A stretch of 44,724 nt of DNA, from contig CANQVR010000002.1 in the NCBI GenBank assembly GCA_947627375.1, positions 1 to 44,724 of the forward strand, in the 5' to 3' direction. Of the stretch, positions 44,645 to 44,724 are shown in pieces (position 1 is the first letter of the stretch; every line of letters starts with the position of its first letter). The position numbers and the translations under genes were made by a program. The notes beneath the pieces were generated by a model. It was not told the origin of the DNA. It did not search any database and saw only the letters and a list, made by a program, of their open reading frames with translations. This stretch comes from an uncultured Bacilli bacterium. Its GTDB lineage: Bacteria; Bacillota_I; Bacilli_A; RF39; UBA660.

Positions 44645-44724
44645 AAAATTCCTCCTCCCATAATAAAGTCAAGTATTTCTTACAAAATTTGACTTAATTT
44701 TATGTTTTTAATTTTATTTTACAT

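Noticed and set aside
1-44724. In-window DGR template repeat or reverse transcriptase
   Set aside because: I scanned both strands by eye for an AAC/GTT-rich copy of the cassette and for further occurrences of GGGGTCCG or CGGACCCC outside paralogs C, D and G, and found none. No ORF shows RT motifs, and the 615-aa ORF beside the array is an RNB nuclease. A computational search is still needed, because an eye scan can miss a diverged TR.

Overview
Low-GC (visibly under about 30% G+C) Bacillota-type chromosomal window. It is mostly minus-strand housekeeping genes: polC, thrS with a Thr T-box, dnaI, comEA/comEC, a SEDS protein, def, ylbL/ylbJ-like genes, a PGM/PMM-family mutase, cotJ genes, tRNA-His, proS with a Pro T-box, and glmS.

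The standout is an accessory insertion between thrS and the dnaI block: eight head-to-tail paralogs (11636..18313, about 835-bp period, 4-nt spacers, one copy frameshifted). They encode about 276-aa proteins with no signal peptide and a W-T-K-T-P ... G-V-R-P-V motif pair that resembles C-type-lectin/DUF6273-like ligand-binding folds.

In three copies the 32-33 codon loop between those motifs is a sharply bounded island of about 60% G+C. It is built from NNC codons on an invariant GC3 scaffold and ends in a GGGGTCCGCCCC mini-hairpin. In other copies the same scaffold is written in host-like AT-rich codons. I read this as the signature of diversity-generating-retroelement (DGR) variable regions, meaning adenine-directed mutagenic retrohoming from an AAC-rich template. 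I found no reverse transcriptase or template repeat in this window, so these would be remote, multi-copy, apparently cytoplasmic targets. The array also shows mosaic gene conversion between members.

Other accessory content:
- A minimal pilus/competence-like cluster: two prepilin-type proteins plus a GspE/ComGA-type ATPase with a long acidic tail.
- Three TasA/camelysin-like secreted paralogs.
- A fused cotJA-cotJB gene.
- An INS-less ProRS.
- glmS without room for a ribozyme leader, apparently co-transcribed with a stand-alone Clp-D1-like AAA+ protein.
- A prophage-remnant patch: holin, M23 endolysin, an XRE regulator with a long palindromic operator candidate, and an Rpn-like nuclease.

All calls come from reading the sequence and from remembered family motifs. 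No searches were run.
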